Below, piece by piece: positions 28,193 to 41,910 of a stretch of 64,000 nucleotides of DNA. This DNA is from the human T2T-CHM13v2.0 reference genome, Homo sapiens. The notes under the pieces were generated by a model. It saw nothing but the letters and a program-made list of their open reading frames with translations, did not search any database and was not told the DNA's origin. Numbering within the stretch: position 1 is the stretch's first letter; each line of letters begins with the position of its first letter. The stretch lies in NCBI RefSeq assembly GCF_009914755.1, contig NC_060931.1; one strand, 5' to 3'. Both the position numbers and the translations under genes were made by a program.

Positions 28193-28334
28193 TCATTACC
28201 TACTGATTGGCAATGACTGAATCTTCCTCCACAGCCTTTATTACTATGTTTTTCCTAATAAGACATCCTTTAAATCCTGAGTCTTCACTGATTTCTTCAT
28301 AAGGCATTTTGTTGACTACAGACTCCTTACAATA

Positions 28335-28497
28335 CTAGAAGAGAAGAATTAGGATGTTTCAACACAAACAAAAGGTAAATGTTTGAGGTGATGGATATCC
28401 CAGTTACCCTGATTTGATCATTACACGTTGTATATATGTATGAAATATCACATGTACCACCCAAATACGTACAGCTATTTTATATCAATAAAAAAGA
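28335..28497 (+). mobile_element. L1MA 3' terminal fragment
   Basis: aaatgtttgaggtgatggatatcccagttaccctgatttgatcattacac ... tatcaataaaaa. Confidence 0.85.
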
Positions 28498-28664
28498 CAT
28501 TTTGAACTTGACTACTGGGTGAAAGTTGCTACCACACTCTCTTCTCTCTGAACCCTAGGTATTTTCTCTTCTGTTTTCTCTGTGCACAATCAGCATTATT
28601 TTCTACGTGCTGTAGCAAAGAAAGAAGTATTTCCAAACTTCTTTGTTGAGAACATCTATGTTTT

Positions 28665-28910
28665 CTTTTTCTTTCTTTCTTTTTTTTTTGAGACAGTATT
28701 TCACTCTTGTCACCCAGGCTGGAGTGCAGTGGCACAATCTCGGCTCACTGAAACCTTTGCCCCTCCCCGGGTTCAAGCGATTCTCCTGCCTCAGCCTCCC
28801 GAGTAGCTAGAATTACAGGCACATGCCACACACCTGGCTAATTTTTTGTGGTTTTATTAGAGACGGGGTTTTGCAGTGTTGGCCAGGCTCGTCTGGAACT
28901 CCTGACCTCA
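28665..28910 (-). mobile_element. AluS (Sq/Sp-like), 5'-truncated
   Basis: Antisense Alu ending at cctgacctca; degenerate TSD catctatgtttt/cacctttgtttt. Confidence 0.93.
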
Positions 28911-29359
28911 AAAAATCACCTTTGTTTTAAATGCAAAGTGAAAATGCCTTGTTAACTTGAGCATCAACACAGGTGTTGTGGCTTATCCTCTGAAACATCA
29001 AGTGCATCCTATTCCTCCAGACAGTAATAGCAGCTGCCGTTCCTCACTTCATGTCTAATGTCAATTGGGTTACATAATTTTCAACAAAAAGGATATAAAA
29101 TAATCATTGTTTGGTAAAAAATGTAAATAATTACATTAAAAACCATAGAAAATCAACTGAGAAAACTTTTCATGCTAATAAGAAATTTTAGTAAAGTGAT
29201 CCAATACAAATAGAAAAGAAATATAAATATAAAACCCAGTAATTGTGTAGGAATATATATATATATTTCCATATATAATGGAAAATATAACAGTATATAT
29301 ATATATAGTCTATTGTATTAGTAAGTCATAATTATAAGGTTATAGGAAGAAACCTTGTT

Positions 29360-30970
29360 AACTTTATTTAGCTATAACTGATATGGGATAAACTGCATAT
29401 GTTTAAAGTGACCATTTGCTCAGTTTTGAGTTACGTATTTACCTGTGGAACCATGACCATCACCTGTGAAATCACATCAGAACCATCAGCCCCCAAATGT
29501 TCTCATGATGGCTTATCTTTCACTTCTCCAGAAAACTACTGAATTATTTTCTGTCACTATTGTTTCCATGTTTTTGAAATTTATATAAATGGCAATCTAC
29601 ATGATGTGTTCCTTTTTTGCCTGGCATCTTTCATTCAGCATAATTATTTTGAAATCCATCCATGTTTGTGCGTGTATCAATAGCTCATATTTTTTTTTAT
29701 TGCTGAGTGGTATTTCCAGGTATGGATATGCCACAGTTTGTTTATATATCAATAGCTCATATTTTTTATTGCTGAGTGCTATTTCCCAGTATGGAATTGC
29801 CACAGTTTGTTCATATAATTATGGACAGTTGGGTTATTTCTAGGTTTTGGCTATTACAATTAAAGCTTCTACAAACGTGTATAAACCTTTGTCTGGAGAT
29901 ATGTTTTCATTTCTCTTGGGCAAATGCTGTGGGGTAGAATGGCAAAGTATGGCAGGTATATGTTAAAGTTTTAAGAAGTCATCAAGCTGTTTTCTATAAT
30001 TTGGAAATTCCAGTTTCCAATTGTTTTCCAAAAAGTATACAACTTTATATTTTCATTAGCAGTATATGAGAGTTCCAGTTGCTTCACATCCCCATCAACA
30101 CTTGGTCTGGTCAGGCATTTTAATTTTAGCCATTCTGATGGGTATGTAGTAATACCTCACTGTGGTTTTAATTTGTATTTTCCTGGCGATTAATGATGTT
30201 GAGCGCCTTTTAATATGTTTACTGTCCATTTACATATCTTTTTGAGGTATCATTTCAAGTCTTGTGACGTCTGTGGATTGCCTTGCTATATTGAATTTTA
30301 GAGGTTCTTTTGTGATATTTTTTTCAGAGATGTTCTTTGCAAATATTTTTTTCCCAGTGTGGTTTCCCTTTTTTCAAAAAATGATATTTTCAAAAGAACA
30401 ATAGCCTTTGTGTTGAGAACACCTTTGTTTCAAATCCAAAGTCCATTTTATCATTTTGTTCTTTTCTGTTTCATCCTCTTTGTGTTCTGTCTTGACGTAA
30501 TCAAGATTTTCTCTTGTTTTTTCTTCCAAAAATTTTGATTTTTAGGCTTCCCATTTAGGCTCTTTTCCCATTTCAGTTTAAGTAAGTTTTGTGTATGATG
30601 TGTGTGGTAAAGATCAATGTTAATTTTTTCCCCATATGATATCCATTTAATCCAATTACATTTTAGACAATTGCTTTTCTCTTTTGGATTATCTTAACAT
30701 CTTCATGAAAAATTAATTGACCATATATATGTGGCTCTATTTTAAAACTCTCTTTTCTCTTCCATTGATTTATAAGTCTACCCTTTTAGTAACTGCAGTC
30801 TTGCTTACTATAGCCTTATAGTAAGTCTTAAAATCAGTGTTACTCCTTCAACTTTATTTCAAAATTATTTTGGCTATTTTAAGTCTTTTGCCTTTTCATA
30901 TAACTTCTAGAATCAGCTTGTCAATTCTACAAAAGAGAGACATTAAACTTTTGATTATGATTGCATTCAC
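29360..30970 (-). mobile_element. L1M (MB/MC/MD-like) 3' UTR and ORF2 fragment
   Basis: ttttagccattctgatgggtatgtag..., ttgcaaatattt...cccagt, tagaatcagcttgtcaattctac are antisense L1 motifs. Confidence 0.85.
29675..29815. repeat. ~72-bp tandem duplication inside L1M
   Basis: tatcaatagctcatattt..attgctgagtg..gccacagtttgtt occurs twice (from 29675 and 29747). Confidence 0.92.
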
Positions 30971-31399
30971 TCTATGAGTGGAATTTTCATTAAAACAATT
31001 TCAAATTTTGAAATTCATGAGAATGATATATCCATTCACTTATAGATATAGTTACTATTTGTATTTGGATTGTATACCTCAGTGTAATGAGTTTATTTAG
31101 TAATGGTCTTTCTTTGAGGAAGACAGACACTAGACATGATAAATCCATCATTGTATTAAGGGCCGTTTTATAACATCTCTTGTGATCTAGCATTAAACCC
31201 CTTTTCCACATGAGCATTTTATCCCTGTCTATACAAGCAAGTGTGTCTTTTTTTCTACATTTTAAGAAAAAGTTAATAGATATTAGCAATATTAAATAAA
31301 GAATGCTACAAAACACAAATAATGAAAGGTAAACATTAGAATGGGCTCCCAAACAGAGAAAATATATTATCCTATTTATATATTCTATTGTTATAATTT

Positions 31400-32750
31400 A
31401 TATTTCTGGATTTTCTTGAAACTTAGAAATGTAAAAATTTGTGGAATAAACATTTTTTATAAGGTGTGAATAGACAAGAACGTTTGGAAGTAAAAGTATT
31501 GAACTGGGAATAGATTCTTCAGGTATTAAATGCTTTGTAATGGTGTAATAATTTAAACTATAAAACTAAACAAAACTGACAAAATGGGCCAGAAACAGAT
31601 TCTTTTATATAAAGGATTATTATATGACTAATGAAACATCACAAATTAGCGAGAAGTGAATCATTCAATAAATCACGCTGAGACTGTTGACTAATCACTA
31701 TCAATTATTAGGTGATTATTCAGTGCAAGTTTTTTTCCCATACATAACACACTCTTCAATGACACTTTGAAAGTAATAAATTGAAGTCTTAAACTATAAA
31801 AAAGAAAAATATAAACAAATATGTATTAAATCTCTGCATGGGTGTCTTCTATGTTGGAAAGCGATGAAAGAATTTACTGTGACAATGATGGCAGATTTCA
31901 CTACAATTAAATGTTAACAAGTATGTTGCTCAATATTAAAAGGCTAATTTGTTAGGCACACTAATATTTAAAAATTATTTGCAAACATAGGGGAAGGGTT
32001 AAAATGTTTAATATACAGAACTTATACAGACACTCTTGTATGTAACTTACGTTACATACTTTTATAAGACAGACACTTAGGTTATTACACAAAGATTCCA
32101 AGTAAGTGGTCAACAAACAATTTATAGAAATGGAAATACAAATGGCTAAAATGACTAAAAACCTATCGGAAAATATTGTCTCATGAGTAAATATTATCAA
32201 TTAACACATCATGAAAATATATTTAACTATGAACTTATCTAAATTTTTAAAAATGTGAATAACAATACTAGCAAGAAAAAATACTGCTTATTTCAGAAAT
32301 AAGCAGTATAATAAGCTTATTATGGAAATGTGAATTATGCAATTCTTTGAAAAGCAATTTTCCAGTGTTTATCAAGAAACCGAAAAAAATTACTACTTTT
32401 CCATCTGCTGATAGAAATTTACCTTAGAAAATAAGATAAAATGCTGGAGAGCCTCATGTATAAACATGTTTCTAGAAACATACAAATATATATGGAAATA
32501 GCTTAAATGGGTCAGTAAGGAGATTGTTAAATGAATTGAGATGAATGATTATGGAGACCTTTAAAATGATGTTTGCAAAGAGCACATGTTAGAATTTAAA
32601 TGAAAAGGAAATGTGTAACAATATAAGTGTATAATTCGACCTCAACTCTGCAAACAAAACACATATACAAGATAGATTAGATGAATTATTATAAAAATAT
32701 TAATGGCAGACCAGTAAGCATCCTGGCTTCAATATGGATTCAATAGCAAA
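31400..32750 (+). mobile_element. Highly diverged L1M ORF2/3' fragments
   Basis: A-rich strand with L1 motifs (ggaaatacaaatggct, aaagcaatttt). Confidence 0.5.
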
Positions 32751-34366
32751 ATTGTATTACTAAAATTGTTATTAATATTGATAAAACTTTGATTGGACAA
32801 TACTTTTTTTTTGCTATTTGTTAACTAACTTTGGAAAACAGCTAGTCAACCTCTTTCAACCTTGGGTGCTTTAACTCTCGTGTATTATTAGGAACAAGAA
32901 TACCTCACTTGTAAGGTCATATGAAAGATAGAATGAGGTATGAATGTGAAGGTATGTTATAGATGGCATGTAAATTAGCCAGTTTCATTACATAGTTGAT
33001 ACTTATCAAGTATCCTAAGTGCTTCCTTGGTCTAAGGCTGCACTTTATTGGCAAAAAGTCAATCACATCAGTAACTTTATGGCTATCTTTGAGTGATGTT
33101 CCTGTATAGTGTACTTGGAAATCCACCAATGGTAGGTTTGTCCATCAAGATCAAACTAAACTTACGTTCATGACAACAAGATATTATACACAGAAAGAGC
33201 TGTCAGGCTGTTAATATAAAAAGCACTGACTAATTTACAAAAGTATTCAGTTGAAAGATAATGGAATACCAAACTGCCAATATTAAGAACAATGTGAAAA
33301 TGAAGTTTGGATCATGGGACCCAGAAGTTTTTATAAAGGAAAAAATCTTTGAAGATTCCGGTATAAAAGACACCATTGAACAGGCTATTCTGACTGAGTA
33401 ATTGGGTTTAGTCACCTTTAAAGGAATGATTTTCATTGTGTAGGTGCAACTTGCTATAAAGTGAATAAAACCCAGAAAGGACAAAGGAAAAAGGAATGGT
33501 ATAGTTGCAATTAAAAAATGAAAATGAAATAAATAAAGATCCTAACTTAGTAATGGTCAAATGACAACTACCACTGGGTGATTAGATGTGCAGATTGTAG
33601 CCGAAGGAAGTGTGTACACATAGGTGCACACAGTAAGGAGAGAGAGAGGGAAAGAAGTGTAAGTGAAGGCACTAGAGCATGATGACATTTGACTTCATTC
33701 TAGGGTGAGTTCCCATGCTTTATGTTGAGTTAATCATTGGGAACCAATATTTCCTTTTGGTAAGCATTCAACTCTTTTTATTGCTCTAATCTTTCTTTAC
33801 CACAAATATATCTCATTACAAATGTGTGCATGTTTCTGTGCATGTGGGCACATGAGTGAATTATTTTTATAATTTAAATAGAAATGTACAAGATACAGTT
33901 CCATTTGCATATCCACACAGCAATGTTTCATTGCTGGAGAAAGAAAATATAGAAATCAGTGTGGAAAATCCAATTCAGTATGGACAATATTATTGCGTAT
34001 GGCACTTTTAGGTCGACATGTTTAAATATGCCTGGGGATTCAAACAGCAGTCAACGCACTGGCACATTTCATAGCATGCTGCAATGCAAAGACTAAAAGG
34101 ATAAATAATTTTTATTAGCAAAGAACTTTTATACTCAGACATTAAACTATGACAGTACAGATGGAGTGATTGCTATTCAGCAAGAGTAAGACAATAGAAA
34201 GAATTTAAATGATCTGGAAAAATTATAATTGATTGAATGCTTACAGAGTAGAGCAATTCTGGAGTTGCAAGCTGTAGTGTTATAACAGATATCAAATTCT
34301 TTAATCAGACATAATAGAAGCAACAAATGACATACACCTGTGTGGGCGTACGTGTTGTGTGTGTTT

Positions 34367-34580
34367 GAGAGAGAGAGGGGAGAGAGAAAGAGAGAGAGAG
34401 ATGTGTGGGGAGTGAGAGAGAGACAGTAAGAGAAAAGGACAGATACGGATAAAACACTCACTGGGAAAGCAATGAAGACAATGAAATCAGAGAGAGACAG
34501 AGAGAGTCAGTGAGAAGAATGAAGGAGAGACTAGTGGGGATTAAGAGACACAGGAAAGAGGAAGAATGAGATAAAGAGAG
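34367..34580. repeat. GA-rich low-complexity tract
   Basis: Imperfect (GA)n runs. Confidence 0.8.
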
Positions 34581-35035
34581 TGGTGTAATGCCTAAAATAG
34601 AATTTAAGTAAAAACAATGGTGGAGTTAGTTCCTCCAGGAAGAAATCAGATTACAGACTGATACTGATTTCTTCACACTCCTGGGCCTGATACTGATTTT
34701 GTCAAGTTGCAAAGCTATTGCTTTCTAAATTTGTGTTCAAAATTCTAAACTTGAGGGGTCTATGGACCTCAGGGAGGTTCATAAACACCTTGAAATTAGG
34801 CATCACATGTGTGTGTATGTGTAATTGCAGATATCTTATTGGAATAGGATCCAGAGCTTTCATTAGACTCTCAAGGGATCTATGATCATGAGTAGGTCAA
34901 ACTATGAGCAAGAGGTTTAACCTAGCACCACCATGTATCCATTTTGATGAATAAAAGTTTTGGGAATACACCCAGATTTAATCCTTATGTACCCATTAAT
35001 AACTCCAGCCATGTCATGCTGTGTGATAAAGTCAA

Positions 35036-35040
<5 letters not shown>

Positions 35041-35072
<32 letters not shown>
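35041..35072. repeat. (GT)16 microsatellite
   Basis: Perfect dinucleotide run. Confidence 0.98.
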
Positions 35073-35074
<2 letters not shown>

Positions 35075-36612
35075 ATGAGTCCACACATTTGTGTGTATAA
35101 ACCTTCTGGGTGGAAGGACTTTGAATTGGTTTGGAGAACTGTATATGGGACAGGCTGCCTTGAGGAGTGGGAGCAGTGCTTTTGCCTCCAAGGGACTAGC
35201 ATGTGGAAGCGACCTGCATTATAGAGGTTTGGGCTGTTTAAAGAGATCAAATAAATATGGTGTAAATATGGGGTCCTCTAGAGACCTCAGAATGACATTT
35301 CACACATGTTTACTCACATGAGATTCCTCATTTTAGGAAGGGTAGCAAAGGCCTAGTTCTGCTGTTTTTAGAGGATGAATAAAATCAGTGAATTTTTGAG
35401 TTTGGATACTGATTTGCCTAATGTTTTTAGGCCTGAGAAGAGACTGAGAGAAAGAGCTTTCAGTGGTTCAATAATTAGTTGCTCAGCTTGAAGACTGTGT
35501 GGCATTAAGTACCACATAGTGTAAATTCTCCATCATTCAGAGGACGGTACATATTTTTAGATGATTTATCCTTTTGTTTTATTCTTTGCTTCTGTTACAT
35601 GATATTGGTAAATAGCCATGCTGCCTTAGGTGAAGGGAAAGGAAAAAAGATCACTAAACTTTTTCAGTCTTGCTTCTTTTGAGCAATCTTGAGAAAATGA
35701 GAGAGAGAGGTTGAAGCCGCTACTTAAAATGAGGTTTCTGGATTGTTCATGCATAGATAAAATCCTATTCATGATATTATGAGACAAGCTAAAATCTTGT
35801 TCAATGTCCTATTTTGTGTTGGATTTTGTAACTATAAAAATCGATCTTTATAATAAAGTGCTTTACCAAGCAAGTGCATTACATGATTAAAGGAAACAAT
35901 GTAATATTCAGAATTTCAGAAGCTACTTTCCTCTCTTTCAAGAAGCAAAGTTCCTTTAAAACTTTGGCAAGGGAGGAGACCTTTAAATGAGGTATTGGAA
36001 ATTTGGTAAGAGAAAAGACAGAGGCAGCACCAGTGCCCTAAAGTTGATAGAAAGTCAATGGACTTGTATTTTATTTATGCTTAGGAAATACATGCAGAAT
36101 CTTAAAAAATACAGATAATGAAAAATAGCATCACATTATACATTTTTCCATCACTCAAATACATTTTTAACATTTTGGTAATTGATATACATCAAATATT
36201 TATCTTATGAATATTTTAAGTACAAATTGGTTTTTACTGTAACTGACTTTTTCAGATTAGATTTTGAAATAAGTTTGAGAAAAGTCCAGCAGAGATGTAA
36301 GATGAAGAATGAACCTAGAGCATGGCGTGGACAGCTTCTTAGCTAATCAGAGAAACATGGCACATGAAGGAGGAAAATTTGAGGTCTAGGTATAGCTATG
36401 AAGGTATTTCGGGCAACGCTAGATGTGGCATGATTCAGATGACACAGAAAGCTCCTGGGTAAAAATACAAGAATTAGTATGAAGATAAGGATTTATATTA
36501 TTTTCCATTTTATTTCATTGTTTGAATTGCTACAGACCATGTGAAAATCATTTGTAATGATGTACTTATTCTGTTTAAAGGTTTAAAGGTTGCTGGCAAG
36601 AGCACGTGGAGA

Positions 36613-36945
36613 TGTTGTAGTTAATAAATGGGTGCCCTAGCAGAGACACTGAGTTGCACAACAATGATCTGGGCTCCCGCTCCCATAGAGTAGTTGTCAC
36701 TGACAAGGGTTGGCCCAGGCAACAACTACACTCCCCAGTATTCCTTGCATTTAGGTGTAGTGTGTCACTGAGTTCTAGCCAATAAAAATGGCCAGAGATG
36801 ACATGTGCCACCTCCAAGTTCAGTTCCTAATATATCCATCTGCCTAGTTTTGTTAGGTGAGCAAGAAATACACTTTTACTGTGTCAGAACCATTCATTAG
36901 AACTTTTGGGGATTATTTGTTACAGCATGTTGACTATACTAATAT
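36613..36945 (+). mobile_element. Old MLT1 LTR (internally deleted)
   Basis: ccttgcatttaggtgtagtgtgtcactgagttctagccaat ... gagcaagaaatacactttt ... ttatttgttacagca. Confidence 0.7.
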
Positions 36946-37009
36946 TAACACATAATTTCATTTTAAGGCAAAATAAGGGCTTTTCAACATATAAAATATT
37001 GAAGAGTAA

Positions 37010-37640
37010 TTTATTCAACAGATATTTATTGAGTGTCTATTGAATGCCAAGCACTGTTCTGGAGGCTGGGGATAGGACCCTTAAAAAACTCACAATGTAA
37101 TGGATTAACAGGCTATAAATGTGCAAGAAAACAAGGAAGTAACGTTATTCCAAATGATGATAAGCTTAGGGAGAAATATGAAAGGGCAATAGCTCAAAAT
37201 GATGAGGGAAAGGGATGGTTGTCAGTGAAGGCTTCTTTGAGAAGGTGACATCTGAAATGACACTTAGATGTTGAGTGAGAAGCAGTCACATGATGGTCTG
37301 TAAATCAGGCATTCGAGGCAGAGGATATGTAAAGCCAGGCTCCCTGAGATAGGAGTGAGCTTTGTGTGTTCAAGACACAGGAAGAATGTTTAGAGCACTG
37401 AGAGTGAGAAGGGGAGTGACTGGGGAGGACCTTAGAGGTCATGGTGAGGAATCTCAGAACCATTGAGGGTTGAAGAAGGACATTGACATGACCTGTTCTT
37501 GTTGAGAGGATCTCTGTAACAGGGTGGAAACCAGAGGCATTTTGCAAGAATCCAGGCAAGAGATGTTGGGAGGAAGCAGTGGAAATGATGAAAAGAGACT
37601 GGATTTAGGATATTATAATAGATAGCATTAGATCTCATGA
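37010..37640 (-). mobile_element. L2 fragment
   Basis: ttattcaacagatatttattgagtg..gccaagcactgttct is the antisense L2 3' end. Confidence 0.8.
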
Positions 37641-37777
37641 TGAGTCACTGTCATCATTAGGCTACAGGAATATGCACATGGAGAAAATGTGAAGCAGAAG
37701 AATATGACTTAATATATCTCTGTTGTTATCTGATTATATTAAGACCCTTATGTTAATATCTGATCATGTTAAAGAAC

Positions 37778-37996
37778 TAGGATCAGCGAACTATAGCCTG
37801 TGGGCGGCCAAATGCTGCCTGTTGCCTATTTTATAAAGTTTTGTAAAACACAGATACTCCCACTTATTATATATTCCATATAGCTGCTTTTATATACCAA
37901 TAGCAGAGTAGAGAAGTTGAAACAGAGATATTATGACCAAGAAAGCCTAAAATATTTGCTATCTAGTCCTTTACAGAAAAAGTTTGCAGACTCCTG
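37778..37996 (+). mobile_element. MER58A hAT-Charlie MITE
   Basis: aaagcctaaaatatttgctatctagtcctttacagaaaaagtttgcagactcctg terminus. Confidence 0.85.
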
Positions 37997-38541
37997 CTAA
38001 AAAGAATTACTTTCTATGTTTTATTATTTAGCTTATTAAAGGAGAAATCTGGAATTGAAATAATAGAAAAACCTAATTCTCAGGCAGCTTATTGGATCTC
38101 TTAGGATTCTGGCTTGGTACCATTTTTTTTCATCCTTTAGTAGCATATGTTTGCTTTAGGGCAGTCACTAAAATAAAAATTAATGCAAATCATTCATTAC
38201 AAAGATTATGTCTTAGGTTTAAAAGAAATCTTAGTGATCATCCAGTCTGACTCCTTTATATTTTAGGAAACTGAACTCCACCATCCTTCTGTCACTAGCT
38301 CAGGGCCACAAAGTAAGTTAGTGGAAAAGAGAAGCCTAATATGCCTCCTCCTGGGCTCACAGTTCAATGCTCTTTTCACTATGCCGTGCTGAACTGCTTA
38401 AAAATAGGTGTAGAAAGCCTTGATTATGAAAGATACGAATAGATGGGGATTTTCTTTAAAAGATTTTTTTTTACATAAAATTGAAAGTGCTCAGTGTTTC
38501 TTTTAAACTATGTGTTTTTTTCTCTGTATAAAATGATCCAG

Positions 38542-39148
38542 TTTATTTATTTTATTTAACTTTTATTTTAAGTTCAGGGGTATATGTGCAGGTTTTGTTA
38601 TAGAGGTAAACTTGTGTCATCGGGGTTTGTTGTAAAGATTATTTCATCACCCAGGCATTAAACCCAGTACCAATTAGTTATTTCTCCTGATCCTCTCCCT
38701 CCTCCCAACCTCCTTCCTCTAATAGGCCCCAGTGTGTGTTGTTCCCCTCTATGTGTCCATGTGTTCTCATCATTTAGCTCCCACTTATAAGTAAGAACAT
38801 GTGGTATTTGGTGTTCTGTTCCTGTGTTAGTTTGCTAAGTATAATGGCCTCCAGCTCCATCCATGTTCCTGCAAAGGACATGATCTCATTCTTTTTTATG
38901 GCTGCATAGTATTCCATGGTGTATTTTATTTACTCAGTCTACCATTGATGGGCAATTAGGTTGATTCCATGTCTTTTCTATTATGAATAGTGCTGCAATG
39001 AAAATACATGTGCGTGTGCCTTTCTGATAGAATGGTTTCTATTCATTGGGTTATATACCCAGTAATAGGATTGCTGGGTCAAATTGTAGTTCTATTTTTA
39101 TGTCTTTGAGGAATTGTCACACTGTCTTCCACAACAAATGAATGAATT
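38542..39148 (-). mobile_element. L1PA13-like 3' end, 5'-truncated
   Basis: Antisense 3' UTR: tttagctcccacttataagtaagaacatg, atggctgcatagtattccatggtg. Confidence 0.93.
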
Positions 39149-39729
39149 TTATTATATTTAAAAAATTTATGTTATGAACATTTTCAAATATGCATAAAAA
39201 TAAAGATAATAGCAAAATGGGCCTCTGTACCTGCCACCCAGCTTCAGCAATTAATACCTGACCTATCGTGTTTCATCTATATTCCCTAACTCAGTCACTC
39301 ATTCCCACTCCTAGATTATTTTGAATCAAATTCCAGCTGTTCTATTATTTAATCTTTAAAAATTTCAGAATTTATCTCTAGAAAAATAAGGACCTTTAAA
39401 GAATTCTTATTATACTAAAAAAATAATTGTTACTACCACAAATATCCAGTCAGTGTCCAAATATCCCCAATTGTTTTATGAATTTTCAAAGTTAATATGT
39501 AGATTCCCCATTTGTTGTTAACAAACAAACCTGGGCCTTTGTCCTTAGAGTTTCCCATATTCTGGATTTTACAATTATATATTTGTAGTAAAAAATATTT
39601 AATTTAATAGTGGTCATCTAATTAATGTAAATAATGTTTGATTCAAAAAATGTAGCAGGGTTTTTTGATAAACTATGTATTGTTTAAAACGTGTTCCGTA
39701 GCATGTGTACTCACAACATATACACACTC

Positions 39730-40370
39730 TTCAAAACTGAAGTCAGATCATGCCACTCCTCTGCTGAAAACCCTTCAGTGGTTCCCATCTCATTCAGAGT
39801 AAAAGCTATGCCCCACCTCTGGTCTCTAAAACCCTACATGATTTTTCCTTAAACTAGCTTTCTAGCATTTTAACATTATTTCATTCATTACTCACTGGAC
39901 TCCAATAAACTGATTCACATGCTGTTTCTCTAAAACCCTAGTCACTCTGCTTTCTTAGGAGCTTGACATTGGGGGTCACCTTTCCTGGAAAGTTCATGTC
40001 TCAAACACCCCCATGACTCATTCCCTGTTTTCCCAGATAGTCCCATGACTTATTCCCTCCTCTTCTTCTGGTCTCAGTCAAATGTCACCTTCTCAGTGGG
40101 GCTTTCCATAACCAACCTATTTTAAATGCCCATTACTCCCCAGCACTTTCCATTCCCTTTCTCCACATTATTTTTCTCCATAGCATTTATCTTATCTGGC
40201 ACGTGACAAATTTCATTTACTTAGTTGATTGACAGACTCCTTGCATTACAACGTAAGCTCGATGAAGATGGCTTTTGTGTATTTTGTTCATTTCTGTATT
40301 CTCAGTGGCTAAAACAATACCTGCTTCACAGTCAGCAATCAGTAAATATCTGCTAAGGCATGAATTAATA
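39730..40370 (+). mobile_element. L2 3' fragment
   Basis: gtcagatcatgccactcctctgctgaaaacccttcagtgg ... aatgtcaccttctcagtg. Confidence 0.85.
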
Positions 40371-40607
40371 TGTGTAGAACTATTTCTTTAGTAGAATTTT
40401 AAAAAATAATATTTACTCTAGGTCTAGACCCTGAATTGTTGGCTATTTTCCTATTCAAGTGATTAAGCAGGCCAACCTACAAGAAAATTTACAATACCTT
40501 AATTTTATCCTTTGAGCCTGGGGCCCAGGAGAATGTTGGGTAAGTCTTAATAGACTGTTACTTGCCTCTTTGCCTTTTTTCTGGACTCCAATCTGTTCCT
40601 TTTAGTT

Positions 40608-40683
40608 CTTTTTTTAAAGTTTTATTTTTATTTTAAGTTTTGGGATACATGTGCAGGGCTTGCAGGTTTGTTACATAGGTAAA
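40608..40683 (-). mobile_element. Very short L1PA 3'-terminal stub
   Basis: ttttaagttttgggatacatgtgcagggcttgcaggtttgttacataggtaaa preceded by a T-rich tail. Confidence 0.8.
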
Positions 40684-41910
40684 TCACAGAGTATATGAAC
40701 CTGCTTGGTAAGGATGTCTCTCATTGACTGGTTCTTCATAGCAGGGGAACCCCCCAAAACCCAAGTACATGTACCATGCGGCACTAATATTGATTAGACT
40801 GATGAAAATAAATATTTAATAAACATGAAATGCCTAAAAAGAATCAAACTAGTAGCTGCATTTCAGACAGAGAACAGAGTGTTCAACTTATTTTTAGATT
40901 ATAAAGGAAGCTTAAGGCAGGAAAACTAGAGGGAAAGAGACTCCCAAATTAATTCTATTGAGGCATTTTGAACTTCCACTAAATCATTTACTCATTTATT
41001 CAGAAACACTCGTTGAAAGCCTGTTGTGTCTTAAGTATTATTTTTGGTGCTAAGTGTACAAAATGGGTGCAGTACATTCATTTTTCTTAAAGACTTCCAC
41101 CTACTTGGGGAAGCAGACAATGAAATGAACAATTACAACATAGAATGGTAGATACTTAATGGAAATATATATAGGATGTTATGGTAGCTAGACAAGGAGT
41201 ACCAGCTCAGTTTAAAACAGGATGATCAGGGAGGTGATTCTTAAGCTCACCTTAGGGCTTCAATAGAATAGTGGGTGGGAAACTGGAGAAAACATGAAGT
41301 TGCTATTCAGACATTCGAAGCAGGAGATGCAAAGCATGGCCATGCCTTCTGGGAAAAAGTCATTTTGGCTGGAGCATAGATTAGTTGTTGAGCCACGTGT
41401 TGAAATGAGGCTAGAAAAGGAGAGAAGACATCATGGAAGGCTTTGCACATCACTATAAGGACATTATTTTCATTATTAAGCTAGGAGCCATCTTTAAGAA
41501 TTTTAACAGTGGTGGCGGTGGGTGAAGTCAGAGAGATGACCTGGTCATAGGGATTGGAGAATATGAGAGTACAGGCTGAGAGTAAGGCCTGAATGAAGGC
41601 GGCAGTGAACGTAGGAGAGAGATTTTAGAGGTGGACAAAATAGTATTGATGATTGATTAAATGTTGGGCTGAGGAAGCAAAGAGAGAAGAATGAGAAGGG
41701 GCAAGTGATGTCTAAAGAGATTCAGAGAAGAATGGAAATGAAAATGAAGGGGCAGTTTGAAGAATGAGAAGGTTAACTGTGACAAAAGCGACAGTTTCAA
41801 GTAGACTAAGAATTACCTACGGATTTATCATTTGGAAATTAAATTGTGATCTTTGTCAGAGTAGCTTCAGAGGAATAGTTAGAATGGAAGCCAGTTTCAG
41901 TGTGCAGAGC

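Noticed and set aside
34658-34699. 13-bp direct repeat ctgatactgattt with a short spacer
   Set aside because: Only two copies; not a CRISPR-like array or an element-flanking TSD.
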